Shown one piece after another: positions 59,257 through 64,000 of a stretch of 64,000 nucleotides of DNA. The stretch comes from Setoptus koraiensis (lineage: Eukaryota; Animalia; Arthropoda), in the NCBI GenBank assembly GCA_048013815.1, contig CM106586.1, forward strand, positions 15,376,001 to 15,440,000, in the 5' to 3' direction. Under the pieces are notes generated by a model, which was not told the DNA's origin, searched no databases, and saw only the letters and a list, made by a program, of their open reading frames with translations. Made by a program: the position numbers and the translations under genes. Numbering within the stretch: the stretch's first letter is position 1; the number at the start of each line of letters is the position of its first letter.

Positions 59257-62200
59257 GTGAGTTTTGCACAGTTTCGCGCACTTTTGCAGTTTCGCGCGCG
59301 CTCTTGCTGCGCTTCGGCTCGGCACAGTTTCATGACCAAACCGCCGGATCTGTCGAACGGCTTTGCCCGCGAATCGGCCGGGCCTCTTGAGCCGTCCGAA
59401 GCCGTGCACCGACACAAACGGCCCAATTCCATTGCCAAACACTGATCGTCCTATTATGCAAATTGGCAATTTCGGCCGTTGCGCGTTTGCCACTTTAAAG
59501 TCGATGAATGATGCCCGTTCGTCTCATCATCAATCACCGCCGGCCATTAGCATTATCATGTCGCCCGGTGTGATGTCGCACCGACACAATGCCACCGGCC
59601 CGGCCCGGCCGGCCGGCCGGCTAATCACCGGTCCGCCCCCGTTGGCCTATATGCCGGTTACGTGCAAGAATACGTGCTTATATGTTTATACGTACTCGTA
59701 TTCATGCAAGACGACCAGCACAATTATCATAACGCGCTAATATTTCGCTAACAATCCAAGTTTCTCATTACCCGCCGGGGTAGCCTCGTGCCCCCCGGCG
59801 CGAAATGCCCGTCCGAAGATGATCGTTTAATCAGTTGAGTTTGCCAATTAATCTACTGGCGCCAAGGAAAATCGTTGCCAGCATTTGACAATTTGACAAT
59901 TTATTGCGCGCCAACAAAATTGTGGCGCTGTTGCGCAACCTGTGCAACGACGCGAGGCTGTGCCGAGCAGCAAATATCGCATATGTCACGGCTAGACCGT
60001 GCAACTATAACTGTATAACTATAGGCTTGTTTGTTGTTGTTGATAGTTGTTTGTTGTTTGCCAATGATTGGCGCCAAATCGACATTACGCAACGCTCGGT
60101 GCACGCCGTGACCAATATTGCACAATGCGCGCACATAATATATTCAAAGCATTGTCGCCAACAACGACTTGTTATCTTGTTATCACTGCTTCAGTCAACA
60201 ACAATGACATAAATAACTGGCACTGGTATCATATAACTGCGCTAGTATTACGTAATTTGCGCGCCAATGTACGGTTGGCACAGTTGGTTGCACACGACGG
60301 CACACACACATTGGATGTGGCGCTAAATGGCACTGAATGGCACGCATTTGTGCTCATACATACCCCATAACTACAGTATAACGTAAATACACTGCGAGCG
60401 TATGAGCGTGTTGCGCAACGGTCCAATGTGCCGATGCCAAGCGGGCATTGCATCATCATTCGTGTGCATCCTCTTGAACAGTGGTGCGCATTGTGCGCAT
60501 GATTGAGGCGGCACATAGCGCCGGGCGCACGCCGAATTGTGCGCAGCAAATCGGGGCCCCGAGCAGGGGATAATCTCCATGGATAATGTTTACAATGTGC
60601 CGGCCCCAATAACCTGCAGCAACGCGCTGCACAATAGTGCTATATGTGTGATTAATGATGGCCGAAAGGGCGATTGGGTCTGGTGGAGCATGTGATGACA
60701 ACTAGATCAATGATGATTACGCTTACTCTCAACAATCAATCTATCCGAGCGAAAGTTTCCAGTCGCCGGCTAATAGAAGCCGATTTGTCGTTGTTGCCGC
60801 CGTCGTTGTTGCCGTCGTTGTTGCCGTCGTTGTTGCTGTTGGCGCTGTTGTTGCCGTCGTTGCGCAATAATCGAATTGGATTGTCACGTAACAGTGCTTT
60901 GTCGGTGCGTTCCATTAGCCTCTGTCTGTCGGGCCGTTATCGTTGGGTCGCACGACAATGAATAAATGATGCCCGTGTTTGTCGTCGGTCCGCATGCTCG
61001 GCCCACTTGCCGCTGCCCGCCGCTGCAAATCGATGCCATTCGATTCAATCTATTGGGGCCAATTTGTGCGCCGCATCCCGCGTAACACTTGTTGTTGTCG
61101 TGGCGGCCAAGCCACCAACCGGCCGACATGACAAACACAACAAGCCCACATAATAACGCCAATGTAACGCTAATGGACACGGCCATTGAAATCATTATAA
61201 CAGATCATTTGTTACGGTTAGTTTAACTAATGATGACTACCTGTTCTGTCTGTGCGCCGCTCCAATGGCTTGCCGTCGTTATGTTGTGTCATACCGTTAT
61301 GTTACGTCATGCCAGTATGTTGTTTGTTTGTGCCTTGTTTGTTCAGCGCTGTTCGGCACTGTTCAGCATTGTTCCCAATTGTTCAACATTGTGCCTCTGC
61401 TCCGACGCCGTGCGGCCTGCGCGCAACAGACTGTGCACAACAGACCCTATAGCCGCCAAGCTCACCTTTTTACCGGCACGCTCAACGCCACCTGCCTATA
61501 TTCGCCCGGACACACATATGCTCCGTGCCCCGGTGCGGTACAACCAGGCGATATCCGCGCGATACCGCGCGATATCCGCGCGATTTCCCGTGATTTCGCT
61601 GTCGGTGGCAGTGCGCTGTGAGTGGTTGTGCGCTGTCAGTGGTTGTGCGCTGTCAGTGGTTGTGCGCTGCCGGCAAAGGTGAGGCCGGTGCGCGCAGACG
61701 TGACTTGATTTCTGGCGTGAACGGCGCCCGCGGAACCCGCTCGGGCTGGCGGTTGTTGTTTGCATCATTGGGTTTTGTTTACGCAAATCTGTGCAATAAA
61801 CGGGCTCGTTGCGAGTCGCAACTTGCGACTGTGCCGACTGTGCTCAAAGTTGCAGCCTCAAACAACGACAACTGACAGCTCGTTGTCTCGCCGTCACTGG
61901 CGTGACGCTCATCCGAATCGGAATTTGCGCTACGGGGGCCCCCGCCGACGCCGAGCACACGCCGAGCCGACGCCGAGCACACGCCGAGGCCCTTCGAGGG
62001 GCGCGCAGGTTTGATTTGGGCCGAGTCGGCTTGTGAGCGGAGCACATTGTGCAAAGCGGGCTCAATTTCAGCCGCTCAAGTGAAAAAAGCTAAACCCGCA
62101 ATCCGATTGTGACCGGACTTTTCAAGTCGCGGGTCGCGGGTCGCAATTTGCAGCCCGAGCGAGCCAATCTCGCTGAGCGAATAATGATTTGTTTACTTTC

Positions 62201-64000
62201 AAATTACCTTACGTGTATTGACATAATATTTGTATAATGCACAACAAGCTCACTTGACAAACACGTGACGGCACAAACAGCGCGCGCAATAATTCAACAA
62301 TGCAAAACAAAGCATTGATGTCGAGCCATGACAGCGCGACAATATCTGGTCGCTATGTCACTGGCAATTGGGCCCGCGCCAGTGCGCCAACACCGACACG
62401 CGATGGGAAGAGCAAACAACGCACCTATATGCGCGCCATAATCACCCATTATATACTGTACATGGCGATTGTTCAATAGTTTTATTTGACAGAGTGCCCG
62501 CTGTCAGCTGACTGGCGACGCTGTCAAACGGCTGCCAGCTGACTGCCAACACTGTCAGACGACTGGCAGCGCTGTCAGTGCGACTGTTGTTGTGGTCGGC
62601 ACACGCACACACACTCGCGGGCCTCTTCATTAATTGCATCAAAATGGACGGGCCCACTTCCGGCGCTGCGAGCACACGCACGCGCGCACAGCGCTCTAGC
62701 TGTTAGAGTCTGGCGGCGCGCACAGCGCTCTAAAGGCGGGCACAGCAATGGCGCACGATGTGCCAAATTGACATGATAATCAACGCGCACCACAGTATTA
62801 TTATAATCCAATTACACACGTTGCGCAACGCGCGTGCAGCGCGCTAGCAACTTGACGGCGCACGTTACGTAACGTAATTACGCGCCAGTTACGCAACTTA
62901 CGTAACGTAAGGCAACACGCGCGCCCCATTGGCGCGGCGGCGTTGAGCCGCAGCACGTTGAGCCGCGGCACGTTGAGCCGCGGCACGTTGAGCGAGCCAA
63001 AGCGCAATGCAAATATACAAATGAATAGATTAGCTTAGATTATAAGTTATAGATAGTGTGCGTGAATAGCGGCGTGCAAACATGACTCGCCAAGCCGTGA
63101 GCGTGTGTGTGTTGCGTAACAGTCACAACAATGGCGCCATTTGTTAATCAGTGGTAATCTCTGGGCAGCTTAAAGGGGTTGGCGTCTCTCGCCGCCGACA
63201 TGCCCGCTAATGGCTCCCCTCATCGACAACAACCGCCGACAACCGACAACCACCGACGACAACCGCCGACAACCGACAACCACCGACGACAACCGCCGAC
63301 AACCGACAACCACCGACAACAACCGCCGACAACCGACAACCACCGACAACAAGCACAACGTGGCGCAAATTGGTTGTGTCTGCTGGGCACGCGTTGCCGA
63401 GCGACTTATAACTTGTAAGTTAAAAGCGAGTTGCATCAGAGCGATCCGACGATCAGATGCGGTTGCCATCGCCGGCGCTGACAGCCAACTCTGGATTTAA
63501 TTTAAATCTAAACAATCTAATCTGTCGGCCAGTGCCAGTTGTTCGCGCCAACCTCAACCACTGCGCTGTGACGTAAGCGACCAAGCACAGAACGCGGCAT
63601 CGTGCAACAATGGCATAATATAATGATGGCATTATGTAATCATCGCAGGCTATTATCACGGCGTCACACGATGGTAGCCTCGTATCATGTGATAATTCGC
63701 GTGATACGCAGGTGACTTGTGGTGCGTTGTCGGCGTTGAGCGACCGTTATTATTATTGGCGTGAGTGTCGCGCTGGCTAGATTGACGGGATACATAAATT
63801 AAATAATATATTGTGCAAACAAACTGACATTGATTAGCGCGTTTGGTGTGCTAAACAACTTGACAAGTTGCATTAAATGATAATCATACTACCGCTAATG
63901 AACTAACTGTTTTGGCACACACACACTGCATTGGAAAATTGTTTCATTTTGGCGCACTTTCACACTCGCAACACGCTACTAATTTCGTCGCATTGGCTCG
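59257..64000 (+). other. Intron 2 of Mnx/HB9, more than 4.7 kb, running off the window
   Basis: No VKIWFQNRRMKW-coding sequence found by eye in the rest of the window. Confidence 0.75.
63224..63350. repeat. About 30-bp higher-order repeat built from AAC(C/A)(A/G)CCGAC-like decamers, x4
   Basis: Direct reading. Source of the QPTTTD/RQPPTT ORFs in the track. Confidence 0.9.

Noticed and set aside
1-64000. Transposons, rRNA, tRNA, snRNA and conserved miRNAs
   Set aside because: No transposase, RT or integrase motifs, terminal repeats with target-site duplications, or sequences I recognise as these RNAs. A covariance-model search could still find diverged copies.

Overview
Eukaryotic (animal) genomic DNA, CpG-rich and packed with micro- and minisatellites. 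Conserved genes are intron-poor and carry long Q/N/T/H/S homopolymers. This points to an arthropod, tentatively a mite; that is an inference and was not checked against a database. Layout: (1) 1-33.4 kb has no recognisable coding sequence and is full of short tandem duplications and transcription-factor-like motifs. (2) 34.3-42.0 kb is a compact gene island: RRP15-like (+), REXO5/Rex1-type DEDDh exonuclease (-) and GPR155/LYCHOS (-, one 102-nt intron). (3) 46.5-49.2 kb is a tandem duplication of an intronless gene for an unrecognised 237-aa secreted protein. (4) From 54.9 kb to the window end lie the first two exons of an Mnx/HB9 (exex) homeobox gene; the exon with VKIWFQN lies beyond the window. 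I recognised no transposase, reverse transcriptase, rRNA, tRNA, CRISPR array or known miRNA. Best leads: the secreted orphan pair, whose 3' non-coding block is more conserved than its coding sequence; a YAG-N-ATG acceptor-like signature at several start codons; strong enrichment of CAGGTRAG and TTRCGYAA motifs, often multiplied by tandem slippage; and a GPR155 that appears to have lost its DEP domain. All counts and alignments were done by hand.
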